Program-made: the position numbers and the translations under genes
Source: Macrostomum lignano
Lineage: Eukaryota
DNA length: 64,000 nt
Direction: 5' to 3'
Assembly (NCBI GenBank): GCA_002269645.1
Contig: NIVC01000906.1
Coordinates: 248,001 to 312,000 of the forward strand
Part shown: positions 48,548-61,948 of the stretch, in pieces
Numbering within the stretch: position 1 is the stretch's first letter
Layout of the letters: each line of letters opens with the position of its first letter
Notes under the pieces: generated by a model
Databases searched by the model: none
Seen by the model: the letters and a program-made list of their open reading frames with translations, nothing else
What the model was told of the DNA's origin: nothing

Positions 48548-48618
48548 TGCATCGGCCGGGAATCGAACCCGGGCCGCCCGCGTGGCAGGCGAGCATTCTA
48601 CCACTGAACCACCGATGC
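48548..48618 (-). tRNA. tRNA-Gly(GCC)
   Basis: GCATCGGTGGTTCAGTGGTAGAATGCTCGCCTGCCACGCGGGCGGCCCGGGTTCGATTCCCGGCCGATGCA, 71 nt. Intact A and B boxes, GCC anticodon, and a T5 Pol III terminator just downstream. Confidence 0.97.
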
Positions 48619-49164
48619 TTGCTAACCCTAGCCGTGAAGTTTATGCATAGAGCTCCTAATGTTTATAACAGTTAACCTGTGCACAATGCTAAAGAGTGGC
48701 GGCTATATAAAAGTCTGGTGCGCTAGTCATATGTCTCATCTCATCATGCTAATGGCACGAAGTGTGCAAGTGATTAGCTATTATTACTATAAGCCCAGAT
48801 TTTACTCCAATGCGAGTGCCATTATTGGCATTCCGGCCAGAGATTCCGTCCATTGGAATGCACCTGCATGGCGGTAGCTTTACCTTCTATTGTGCCGACC
48901 ACAATTTGGGTTAATGAGAATAATTTATAGCTCGTAGTTGTGGGCAACCACACTCTAAACGGGGATGAACAGCAATGGTGTAAGCTATTGCCATTTGCAG
49001 CATTACATCCCTAAACAATGCTTGATTACTTAGTTAATACTTCTCAAAGAATTCTTGCAGCATATTGCATGTACAGTACAGGTAACTAACTACATGTACA
49101 GTAGTACATGTTACCAGATATTACAAAACTCATTTGGCTCTATCTCAATTTCAAATGAATTTAA

Positions 49165-52100
49165 GCGCCACTGACATCAATGAAACTGATTGGCATCAAT
49201 GAACCTGATTGGCATCAATGAAACTGATTGGCATCAATGAAACTGATTGGCGCCACTGACGACATATCAATGAAACTGATTGGCGCCACTGACATCTGAT
49301 TGGCGCCACTGACATTCAGTGAAACTGATTGGCATCAATGAAACTGATTGGCATCAATGAAACTGATTGGCATCAATGAAACTGATTGGCATCAATGAAA
49401 CTGATTGGCATCAATGAAACTGATTGGCATCAATGAAACTGATTGGCATCAATGAAACTGATTGGCATCAATGAAACTGATTGGCATCAATGAAACTGAT
49501 TGGCATCAATGAAACTGATTGGCATCAATGAAACTGATTGGCATCAATGAAACTGATTGGCATCAATGAAACTGATTGGCGCCACTGACATTCAATAAAA
49601 CTGATTGGCATCAATGAAACTGATTGACATCAAATGAAACTGATTGGCATCAATGAAACTGATTGACATCAATGAATCTGATTGGCATCAATGAAACTGA
49701 TTGACATCAATGAAACTGATTGGCATCAATGAAACTGATTGGCATCAATGAAACTGATTGGCATCAATGAAACTGATTGGCATCAATGAAACTGATTGGC
49801 ATCAATTAAACTGATTGGCATCAATGAAACTGATTGGCATCAATGAAACTGATTGGCATCAATGAAACTGATTGGCATCAATGAAACTGATTGGCATCAA
49901 TGAAACTGATTGGCATCAATGAAACTGATTGGCATCAATGAAACTGATTGGCATCAATGAAACTGATTGGCATCAATGAAACTGATTGGCGCCACTGACA
50001 TTCAATGAAACTGATTGACATCAATGAAACTGATTGACATCAATGAAACTGATTGGCATCAATGAAACTGATTGGCATCAATGAAACTGATTGGCATCAA
50101 TGAAACTGATTGGCATCAATGAAACTGATTGACATCAAATGAAACTGATTGGCATCAATGAAACTGATTGGCATCAATGAAACTGATTGGCATCAATGAA
50201 ACTGATTGGCATCAATGAAACTGATTGGCGCCACTGACATCAATGAAACTGATTGGCATCAATGAAACTGATTGGCATCAATGAAACTGATTGGCATCAA
50301 TGAAACTGATTGGCATCAATGAAACTGATTGGCATCAATGAAACTGATTGGCATCAATGAAACTGATTGGCGCCACTGACATTCAATGAAACTGATTGGC
50401 ATCAATGAAACTGATTGACATCAACGAAACTGATTGGCATCAATGAAACTGATTGGCATCAATGAAACTGATTGGCATCAAGGAAACTGATTGGCATCAA
50501 TGAACCTGATTGGCATCAATGAAACTGATTGGCATCAATGAAACTGATTGGCGCCACTGACGACATATCAATGAAACTGATTGGCGCCTCTGACATTCAA
50601 TAAAACTGATTGGCATCAATGAAACTGATTGGCATCAATGAAACTGATTGGCATCAATAAAACTGATTGGCATCAATGAAACTGATTGGCATCAATGAAC
50701 CTGATTGGCATCAATGAAACTGATTGGCATCAATGAAACTGATTGGCGCCACTGACGACATATCAATGAAACTGATTGGCGCCACTGACATCTGATTGGC
50801 GCCACTGACATTCAGTGAAACTGATTGGCATCAATGAAACTGATTGGCGCCACTGACGACATATCAATGAAACTGATTGGCGCCACTGACATCTGATTGG
50901 CGCCACTGACATTCAGTGAAACTGATTGGCATCAATGAAACTGATTGGCATCAATGAAACTGATTGGCATCAATGAAACTGATTGGCATCAATGAAACTG
51001 ATTGGCATCAATGAAACTGATTGGCATCAATGAAACTGATTGGCATCAGTGAAACTGATTGGCATCAATGAAACTGATTGGCATCAATGAAACTGATTGG
51101 CATCAATGAAACTGATTGACATCAATGAAACTGATTGGCGCCACTGACGACATATCAATGAAACTGATTGGCGCCACTGACATTCAATGAAACTGATTGG
51201 CATCAATTAAACTGATTGGCATCAATAAAACTGATTGGCATCAATGAAACTGATTGGCATCAATGAAACTGATTGGCATCAATGAAACTGATTGACATCA
51301 ATGAAACTGATTGGCATCAATGAAACTGATTGACATCAATGAAACTGATTGGCATCAATGAAACTGATTGGCATCAATGAAACTGATTGACATCAATGAA
51401 ACTGATTGGCATCAATGAAACTGATTGACATCAATGAAACTGATTGGCATCAATGAAACTGATTGGCATCAATGAAACTGATTGGCATCAATGAATCTGA
51501 TTGGCATCAATGAAACTGATTGGCATCAATGAAACTGATTGGCATCAATGAAACTGATTGGCATCAATGAAACTGATTGGCATCAATGAAACTGATTGGC
51601 ATCAATGAAACTGATTGGCATCAATGAAACTGATTGGCATCAATGAAACTGATTGGCATCAATGAAACTGATTGGCGCCACTGACATTCAATGAAACTGA
51701 TTGACATCAATGAAACTGATTGACATCAATGAAACTGATTGGCATCAATGAAACTGATTGGCATCAATGAAACTGATTGGCATCAATTAAACTGATTGGC
51801 ATCAATGAAACTGATTGACATCAAATGAAACTGATTGGCATCAATGAAACTGATTGGCATCAATGAAACTGATTGGCATCAATGAAACTGATTGGCATCA
51901 ATGAAACTGATTGGCGCCACTGACATCAATGAAACTGATTGGCATCAATGAAACTGATTGGCATCAATGAAACTGATTGGCATCAATGAAACTGATTGGC
52001 ATCAATGAAACTGATTGGCGCCACTGACATTCAATGAAACTGATTGGCATCAATGAAACTGATTGACATCAACGAAACTGATTGGCATCAATGAAACTGA

Positions 52101-55100
52101 TTGGCATCAATGAAACTGATTGGCATCAATGAAACTGATTGACATCAATGAAACTGATTGGCGCCACTGACGACATATCAATGAAACTGATTGGCGCCAC
52201 TGACATTCAATGAAACTGATTGGCATCAATTAAACTGATTGGCATCAATGAAACTGATTGGCATCAATGAAACTGATTGGCATCAATGAAACTGATTGGC
52301 ATCAATGAAATTGATTGACATCAATGAAACTGATTGGCATCAATGAAACTGATTGGCATCAATGAAACTGATTGGCATCAATGAAACTGATTGGCATCAA
52401 TGAAACTGATTGGCATCAATGAAACTGATTGGCATCAATGAAACTGATTGGCATCAATGAAACTGATTGGCATCAATGAAACTGATTGGCATCAATGAAA
52501 CTGATTGGCATCAATGAAACTGATTGGCATCAATGAAACTGATTGGCATCAATGAAACTGATTGGCATCAATGAAACTGATTGGCATCAATGAAACTGAT
52601 TGGCATCAATGAAACTGATTGGCATCAATGAAACTGATTGGCATCAATGAAACTGATTGGCATCAATGAAACTGATTGGCATCAATGAAACTGATTGGCA
52701 TCAATGAAACTGATTGGCATCAATGAAACTGATTGGCATCAATGAAACTGATTGGCATCAATGAAACTGATTGGCATCAATGAAACTGATTGGCATCAAT
52801 GAAACTGATTGGCATCAATGAAACTGATTGGCATCAATGAAACTGATTGGCATCAATGAAACTGATTGGCATCAATGAAACTGATTGGCGCCACTGACGA
52901 CATATCAATGAAACTGATTGGCGCCACTGACATTCAATGAAACTGATTGGCATCAATTAAACTGATTGGCATCAATGAAACTGATTGGCATCAATGAAAC
53001 TGATTGGCATCAATGAAACTGATTGACATCAATGAAACTGATTGGCATCAATGAAACTGATTGACATCAATGAAACTGATTGGCATCAATGAAACTGATT
53101 GACATCAATGAAACTGATTGGCATCAATGAAACTGATTGGCATCAATGAAACTGATTGGCATCAATGAAACTGATTGGCATCAATGAAACTGATTGGCAT
53201 CAATGAAACTGATTGACATCAATGAAACTGATTGGCATCAATGAAACTGATTGGCATCAATGAAACTGATTGACATCAATGAAACTGATTGGCATCAATG
53301 AAACTGATTGGCATCAATGAAACTGATTGGCATCAATGAAACTGATTGCATCAATGAAACTGATTGGCATCAATGAAACTGATTGGCATCAATGAAACTG
53401 ATTGGCATCAATGAACTGATTGGCATCAATGAAACTGATTGGCATCAATGAAACTGATTGGCATCAATGAAACTGATTGCATCAATGAAACTGATTGGCA
53501 TCAATGAAACTGATTGGCATCAATGAAACTGATTGGCATCAATGAACCTGATTGGCATCAATGAAACTGATTGGCATCAATGAAACTGATTGGCGCCACT
53601 GACGACATATCAATGAAACTGATTGGCGCCACTGACATCTGATTGGCGCCACTGACATTCAGTGAAACTGATTGGCATCAATGAAACTGATTGGCGCCAC
53701 TGACGACATATCAATGAAACTGATTGGCGCCACTGACATCTGATTGGCGCCACTGACATTCAGTGAAACTGATTGGCATCAATGAAACTGATTGGCATCA
53801 ATGAAACTGATTGGCATCAATTAAACTGATTGGCATCAATGAAACTGATTGGCATCAATGAAACTGATTGGCATCAATGAAACTGATTGACATCAATGAA
53901 ACTGATTGGCGCCACTGACATTCAATGAAACTGATTGGCATCAATTAAACTGATTGGCATCAATGAAACTGATTGGCATCAATGAAACTGATTGGCATCA
54001 ATGAAACTGATTGGCATCAATGAAACTGATTGACATCAATGAAACTGATTGGCATCAATGAAACTGATTGACATCAATGAAACTGATTGGCATCAATGAA
54101 ACTGATTGGCATCAATGAAACTGATTGACATCAATGAAACTGATTGGCATCAATGAAACTGATTGACATCAATGAAACTGATTGGCATCAATGAAACTGA
54201 TTGGCATCAATGAAACTGATTGGCATCAATGAAACTGATTGACATCAATGAAACTGATTGGCGCCACTGACGACATATCAATGAAACTGATTGGCGCCAC
54301 TGACATTCAATGAAACTGATTGGCATCAATTAAACTGATTGGCATCAATGAAACTGATTGGCATCAATGAAACTGATTGGCATCAATGAAACTGATTGGC
54401 ATCAATGAAATGATTGACATCAATGAAACTGATTGGCATCAATGAAAATGATTGGCATCAATGAAACTGATTGGCATCAATGAAACTGATTGGCATCAAT
54501 GAAACTGATTGGCATCAATGAAACTGATTGGCATCAATGAAACTGATTGGCATCAATGAAACTGATTGGCATCAATGAAACTGATTGGCATCAATGAAAC
54601 TGATTGGCATCAATGAAACTGATTGGCATCAATGAAACTGATTGGCATCAATGAAACTGATTGGCATCAATGAAACTGATTGGCATCAATGAAACTGATT
54701 GGCGCCACTGACATCAATGAAACTGATTGGCATCAATGAAACTGATTGGCATCAATGAAACTGATTGGCATCAATGAAACTGATTGGCATCAATGAAACT
54801 GATTGACATCAATGAAACTGATTGGCATCAATGAAACTGATTGGCATCAATGAAACTGATTGACATCAATGAAACTGATTGGCATCAATGAAACTGATTG
54901 ACATCAATGAAACTGATTGGCATCAATGAAACTGATTGGCATCAATGAAACTGATTGGCATCAATGAAACTGATTGACATCAATGAAACTGATTGGCGCC
55001 ACTGACGACATATCAATGAAACTGATTGGCGCCACTGACATTCAATGAAACTGATTGGCATCAATTAAACTGATTGGCATCAATGAAACTGATTGGCATC

Positions 55101-55770
55101 AATGAAACTGATTGGCATCAATGAAACTGATTGGCATCAATGAAATTGATTGACATCAATGAAACTGATTGGCATCAATGAAAATGATTGGCATCAATGA
55201 AACTGATTGGCATCAATGAAACTGATTGGCATCAATGAAACTGATTGGCATCAATGAAACTGATTGGCATCAATGAAACTGATTGGCATCAATGAAACTG
55301 ATTGGCATCAATGAAACTGATTGGCATCAATGAAACTGATTGGCATCAATGAAACTGATTGGCATCAATGAAACTGATTGGCATCAATGAAACTGATTGG
55401 CATCAATGAAACTGATTGGCATCAATGAAACTGATTGGCATCAATGAAACTGATTGGCGCCACTGACATCAATGAAACTGATTGGCATCAATGAAACTGA
55501 TTGGCATCAATGAAACTGATTGACATCAATGAAACTGATTGGCATCAATGAAACTGATTGGCATCAATGAAACTGATTGACATCAATGAAACTGATTGGC
55601 ATCAATGAAACTGATTGGCATCAATGAAACTGATTGGCATCAATGAAACTGATTGGCATCAATGAAACTGATTGGCATCAATGAAACTGATTGGCATCAA
55701 TGAAACTGATTGGCATCAATGAAACTGATTGGCATCAAGGAAACTGATTGGCGCCACTGACGTTATCAAT
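49165..55770. repeat. 6.6-kb satellite of the 19-bp unit catcaatgaaactgattgg with interspersed cgccactgac variant units
   Basis: More than 300 visible tandem copies and no ORFs in any frame. Confidence 0.98.
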
Positions 55771-56065
55771 AAAAACTGATAGAATAGAAACTAACTTATA
55801 CATGTACATGTAGTCATTCTTTGTACATATAGTGAATACATATAGTATACGGAACTTATTGGAAATATATTAAAAGTGCATTTAGCCAGCCAGACGATTT
55901 AATAATTCTGCAATGATCAATTGACCAGAGCAAAAGCCATTCTGAATCTATAGTTACATGTAAAATACTATTCACTACACCGTACCTATATAGGTGATAT
56001 TGCTCAGCTGTGTGGGTGCAACTACAGCCATATAGCAGACTTCAGTCTCTCACATTTCTCATTAC

Positions 56066-57051
56066 CTGAGATTGCGGGAAAGTGTGTTTGCACTGCCAAT
56101 ATATAAGCACTCTGGGCTGATGATGATGGGGTCCGCGATCTATTCGAAGTGAAATGAAATTCAAACAGACTGAAAACAAAAGCAGGACGTCGCAGAATGC
56201 ATTGGGGATAGCAGGGGACTTTTTGTACTAAAATGAAAAAAATGTTGCTTTTGAGACTTCCACAAGTTCACACAGTCAAGTTCACACAGCTAGGTTCACA
56301 CAGTCAGGTTCACACAGTCAGCTTCACACAGTCAGGTTCACACAGTCAGGTTCACACAGTCAGGTTCACACAGCCAGGTTCACACAGTCAGGTTCACACA
56401 GCCAGGTTCACACAGTCAGGTTCACACAGTCAGGTTCACACAGCCAGGTTCACACAGTCAGGTTCACACAGCCAGGTTCACACAGTCAGGTTCACACAGC
56501 CAGGTTCACACAGTCAGGTTCACAAAGTCAGGTTCACACAGCCAGGTTCACACAGTCAGGTTCACAAAGTCAGGTTCACACAGTCAGATTCACACAGTCA
56601 GGTTCACACAGTCAGGATCACAAAGTTTAGTTCATCAGCCAGGTTCACACAGTCTGGCTTAGGCCAGAGGCTTTCAAAAAATCCATAAGCAGATCTTCCG
56701 TTGGATTTCACTCAAGTTTTCGCTCCATTAAACCAGGGGTTCATCATTTGACCTTCAAATGACCCTGCAAAGCGCCACGGAGAGGCAACCGCAGGTCCAT
56801 TAACTGCATGACTTTGCAGCGGCTGTGAAATTGAATTTTTTTGAAAACTCACCAGGGATAATAGAGCTGAGGGCGCTGTACTGCCGAACAGAAATCAATC
56901 CCATTGATGGAAAACTTGAATAAACAAGTTGGACTTATTTTCCTGTGATCAATATTTGCACCATGAGCGCTATGGCTCTTTCGCAATGGAAAACTGCTTT
57001 GACAAACAGGGCATGTATGGAATGCCACACAAAGCTGCTGGCCCCCGGCTC
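56066..57051 (-). CDS. Possible exon pair of an unidentified gene with a C-x2-C-x18-H-x6-C (BIR-like) motif
   Basis: Candidate exons 57051-56853 and 56169-56066 have good GT-AG sites, a consistent phase-2 join and an open frame (TCPVCQ...HRKISPTCLF). No start codon or upstream exon found. Confidence 0.25.
56265..56650. repeat. 14-bp minisatellite (cacagtcaggttca)n
   Basis: Visible tandem copies. ORF 56233..56688 is an artefact. Confidence 0.9.
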
Positions 57052-57192
57052 CTGCATTCGGATAGATAAATAGATAGATAGATAGATAGATAGATAGACG
57101 TTTGAAAAAACCTCTCACGCAGTGGCAGCTCTAACCAAGGTAAGTGAGAAATAAATAAGATAGTCACAAAGGTAAAAAATATAAGAATTATG

Positions 57193-57238
57193 GTAAACCG
57201 ATATTTCGGCCGTGAAATGGCCTTCGTCAGGGTTTTAC
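57193..57238 (-). ncRNA. Minimal type I hammerhead ribozyme, pLTR copy 1
   Basis: Minus strand GUAAAACC-CUGACGA-A-GGCC(AUUUCAC)GGCC-GAAA-UAUC^GGUUUAC: catalytic core, stem II, palindromic AUAU stem III, AUC triplet and stem I AAACC/GGUUU. Confidence 0.8.
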
Positions 57239-57260
57239 TATTCGTCACTTTTCGTCAGGG

Positions 57261-57630
<370 letters not shown>

Positions 57631-57725
57631 CGTTTGAAAAAACCTCTCACGCAGTGGCAGCTCTAACCAAGGTAACTGAGAAATAAATAAGATAGTCACA
57701 AAGGTCAAAAAATATAAGAATTATG

Positions 57726-57771
57726 GTAAACCGATATTTCGGCCGTGAAATGGCCTTCGTCAGGGTTTTAC
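57726..57771 (-). ncRNA. Minimal type I hammerhead ribozyme, pLTR copy 2
   Basis: Same sequence as copy 1. Confidence 0.8.
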
Positions 57772-59880
57772 AATAGTATAATTGGGCTATAAAATGGAAC
57801 GAAGTTTATATTGTAAGTGGGAAATAAAATGAATTGTGAGTTAGTTTATAAAATCAAATAGCGTCTCCGTCGCACGTTGCTCAATAGTGCTCACTCTGAA
57901 AGTTTAATCAATACCATCAGTGAGGGCAGGCAGTTTTGAGGGGCAAAGAATGTCCTTTAGAGAGGGTGCTCGAGTGTACGCAGCAACAGTGTCCAACCCA
58001 TGTGCATGGTTTGAGAGAACAGTGCGAATTTCGTGTACAATATTAGTCGATCTATCCGTAAAAGGAATAACTATTGGGATACAAGCGCTTGTGTTGCTGT
58101 TAATTGTATTGAGGCCTGCAGGTGACTGCGTGCTCAGCAGGGAGATGAGTTTCTGTTCCATGACCCTGCGTCTGCGTAGCGCTCCTTCTTTGCTGGTCTC
58201 GCTCTCGGTGCTGAGATACCAGAGCCCCATGAAGCGAAGATCGTCGAGGCAGTGATTCGGAGAGCAAAAATGTCTGCTAACAGGGGTGTCCTTAGCGAGC
58301 CTAATGTCACTTAGGTGGGCCTGGAGTCTGACCTTGATAGCTCCACCTGTTTCGCCGACATAAATGCAACGGCCATTGCAGGTGTTGCAAAGAATTGCGT
58401 AGACCGCGCACCTGGAGTCACAGCGGACCTTCTGGCAAATTCTGTAGGCCATTTTAGTTGCTGTGGAACCGGGACAAACTTGGCCAAAGCAGCCGTGTCG
58501 TCGGCATACAGCACAGTCTCGGTTTCTGCAGTCTTGAAAGCCGAAAGCCCACTGAAAATCTATGTAAAGTCCAAGTTGTATGAGAGCTGACTTTTTAGCG
58601 TCTCGGATCAAGCGGACCGAGTGTCCCTGCTTTTTAAGGATGCTCATCAGGCTGCTGCTAGCCTCTTTGAAGTCCTCTTTGAAGGTGCAGCGGCGAGCGT
58701 AGCGGAGAAACTAAGATTTCATGATGCCTTTGAATGTGTGCTTTGGGTGAAAAGAATTCGGGTTCAATAATTGGCGGGAATCCGTGGGTTTGAAGTAGAT
58801 CGAGCAGGTTAATCTCTTCCTGTTGTCTTCGTTAGTCAAAGAGACACAGCAGTCCAAAAAGTTGATTTTATCTCTACTGTATTGCATTGTGAGGCGTATG
58901 TTATTGTCGCAGCTGTTCAGATGTCTGTGTAGCTGCTCCAGTTGTGCCTCCGTCCCGATGAAAGTCATGAAAATATCATCAATGTAGCGCTTGTAAAAAT
59001 GAGGGGCAAAAGGAGCTGTGTTCAAAGCTTTGGACTCCCAATCGGACATGAAAATATTGGCATAGGATGGAGCAAAAGATTTTCCCATGCTTGTGCCCTT
59101 AACCTGCAGATAGCGTTTTTCGTTGAACACCATGTCATTCTTAGTCAGATTGATGTCAAGGAGCTCGAGTAGTTTCTCGTCAGGTCTTGATGGTTGAGGA
59201 AAGTTTTGAAAAGCGTCCCTAACAGCTTTAATCCCCTTATCCGTAGGTATGTTCGTGTACAAGGATTCGACATCCATTGTGACCAGGAAGACGCTCTCTT
59301 CTTTGTCGTACGTCAAGTCATGAATAGCTGCTTGAAAGTGATCAGTGTCTCTAATGAAGGAGTTCTGTTCCTTGGCAATAGGCTGCAGATAGAGATCGAT
59401 GAACCTGGCACTCATGTAACTTTCGGAGTTGCAGTCAGAGACAATGGGTCGGCCTGGAGATAGATAGATAGACAGATAGACAGATAGACAGATAGATACA
59501 TTAGTTAATTACCTCACTCGTTACATTCGATCCAGTGAATACTCTATGGAGTTTCAGAAGCGCCCGCATGCACCCAGCGTGAAAAATGAATAGGGAATAA
59601 AATTGAATTCAAAAATAAGAAAATTGAGTTTTCAGCATCATTGTGCAAGCCTTTGTTAAATAATGCAGTGCACAAGAATTCCTCATGCTGCGGGCAAGAC
59701 TTCATGGAATCTAAAAGAAACTGCTGTCTTATGCATGATTTCTGCGAGTTTCAGATCGAATTCAATGTCATGAAAATTTTAAAATTTCAGGAGTGTTTAT
59801 TAAATTTTGTGATTTGGAGCAAAAGTCTCTAGCAACCTCGAAATTAATCTGGTAATGAATTTTTTAATCCTGTTTTCGTA

Positions 59881-60832
59881 TCTGCCTGTTGGTAATGCAA
59901 CTCCAGCTGTGTAAAACTGCCTGTTGGTAATGCAACTCCAGCTGTGTAAAACTGCCTGTTGGTAATGCAACTCCAGCTGTGTAAAACTGTGTGTTGGTAA
60001 TGCAACTCCAGCTGTGTAAAACTGTGTGTTGGTAATGCAACTCCAACTGTGTAAAACTGCCTGTTGGTAATGCAACTCCAACTGTGTAAAACTGCCTGTT
60101 GGTAATGCAACTCCAGCTGTGTAAAACTGTGTGTTGGTAATGCAACTCCAGCTGTGTAAAACTGTGTGTTGGTAATGCAACTCCAGCTGTGTAAAACTGC
60201 CTGTTGGTAATGCAACTCCAACTGTGTAAAACTGTGTGTTGGTAATGCAACTCCAGCTGTGTAAAACTGTGTGTTGGTAATGCAACTCCAACTGTGTAAA
60301 ACTGTGTGTTGGTAATGCAACTCCAGCTGTGTAAAACTGTGTGTTGGTAATGCAACTCCAACTGTGTAAAACTGTGTGTTGGTAATGCAACTCCAGCTGT
60401 GTAAAACTGCCTGTTGGTAATGCAACTCCAGCTGTGTAAAACTGTGTGTTGGTAATGCAACTCCAGCTGTGTAAAACTGTGTGTTGGTAATGCAACTCCA
60501 GCTGTGTAAAACTGTGTGTTGGTAATGCAACTCCAGCTGTGTAAAACTGTGTGTTGGTAATGCAACTCCAGCTGTGTAAAACTGTGTGTTGGTAATGCAA
60601 CTCCAACTGTGTAAAACTGTGTGTTGGTAATGCAACTCCAGCTGTGTAAAACTGCCTGTTGGTAATGCAACTCCAACTGTGTAAAACTGCCTGTTGGTAA
60701 TGCAACTCCAGCTGTGTAAAACTGCCTGTTGGTAATGCAACTCCAGCTGTGTAAAACTGCCTGTTGGTAATGCAACTCCAGCTGTGTAAAACTGCCTGTT
60801 GGTAATGCAACTCCAGCTGTGTAAAACTGCCT
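59881..60832. repeat. 35-bp minisatellite (ctgcctgttggtaatgcaactccagctgtgtaaaa)n
   Basis: About 27 copies. All three minus-strand ORFs show a 35-aa period, as expected for a 35-bp unit. Confidence 0.95.
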
Positions 60833-61496
60833 CTTTCTAAAAGTGAGAGAGGTTCTAAAAATATTTTTAGCCATAGTTGAATTTTTACAGTTTAAAGACT
60901 TACTGTCTGCTCAGTCAACCCCAGCCGTGTCTGTCGCAGCTTGCCGAGTCAGAAATGAACAGAGAATGGAATCAACAAGATATGCCATTTTTTGAGCAAC
61001 TCATAAGAGAAAGAGGAGGCACTAAAGAGAGTTGCAATGGCCGCTAAGAATTGACACTTTGCAATTCAGCAAAAAAGTTGACAATCGATAAGAAGTAAAA
61101 GACCGTACAAAAATTGGTTGGAAAATTCACGCAGTTTGTTCTTAAAAATTGACCGCCTCTTTGCTGGGAAGCTCAAGACAATTCTGCTTCATTTCTTAGT
61201 CACTTGGCCTCCGGATTAGCCGACGAAAAAGCAAATTAAACGCCAAAAGGAAATTCTGCTTCGGGCTGTCAATGTGTGAAAAGTTTGCGCGTGTTCCGCC
61301 GAAATCGATCAGTGAAAATTTATTTAACCAACCGGTTTTACTTATAATTTGTGCAATCTTTTTTGCACTTTAAAGTTGCGCGAATTGCACTTTGCTTTTG
61401 GCTAATGAGCTCTCGTGACTTTTTAGTGCGACTTCTCAGATGCTGGTGTGTTTTATGGAGAAATCCTATTACTGGCATAACCACTTGGTTGTTTCA

Positions 61497-61948
61497 GTTG
61501 TGTCACTCCCGGGTTTGTAGCCATATGCAATGTCACTCCCGGGTTTGTAGCCATATGCAATGTCACTCCTAGCTTGGGTTTGTAGCCATATGCAATGTCA
61601 CTCCCGGGTTTGTAGCCATATGCAATGTCACTCTTGGGTTTGTAGCCATATGCAATGTCATTCCCGGGTTTGTAGCCATATGCAATGTCACTCCCGGGTT
61701 TGTAGCCATATGCAATGTCACTCCTAGCTGGGGTTTGTAGCCATATGCAATGTCACTCCTAGCTTGGGTTTGTAGCCATATGCAATGTCACTCCCGGGTT
61801 TGTAGCCATATGCAATGTCACTCTTGGGTTTGTAGCCATATGCAATGTCACTCCCGGGTTTGTAGCCATATGCAATGTCACTCCCGGGTTGTAGCCATAT
61901 GCAATGTCACTCCCGGGTTTGTAGCCATATGCAATGTCACTCCTGGGT
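61497..61948. repeat. 30-bp minisatellite (tgtcactcccgggtttgtagccatatgcaa)n
   Basis: Visible tandem copies with 33-34-bp variants. Confidence 0.95.

Noticed and set aside
49165-55770. CRISPR-like array (repeat with interspersed variable pieces)
   Set aside because: No unique spacers, the inserts are themselves repeated, no cas genes, and the context is eukaryotic.
59800-60874. Three overlapping 300-aa ORFs
   Set aside because: All three frames give the same 35-aa cycle, as expected for a stop-free 35-bp unit.
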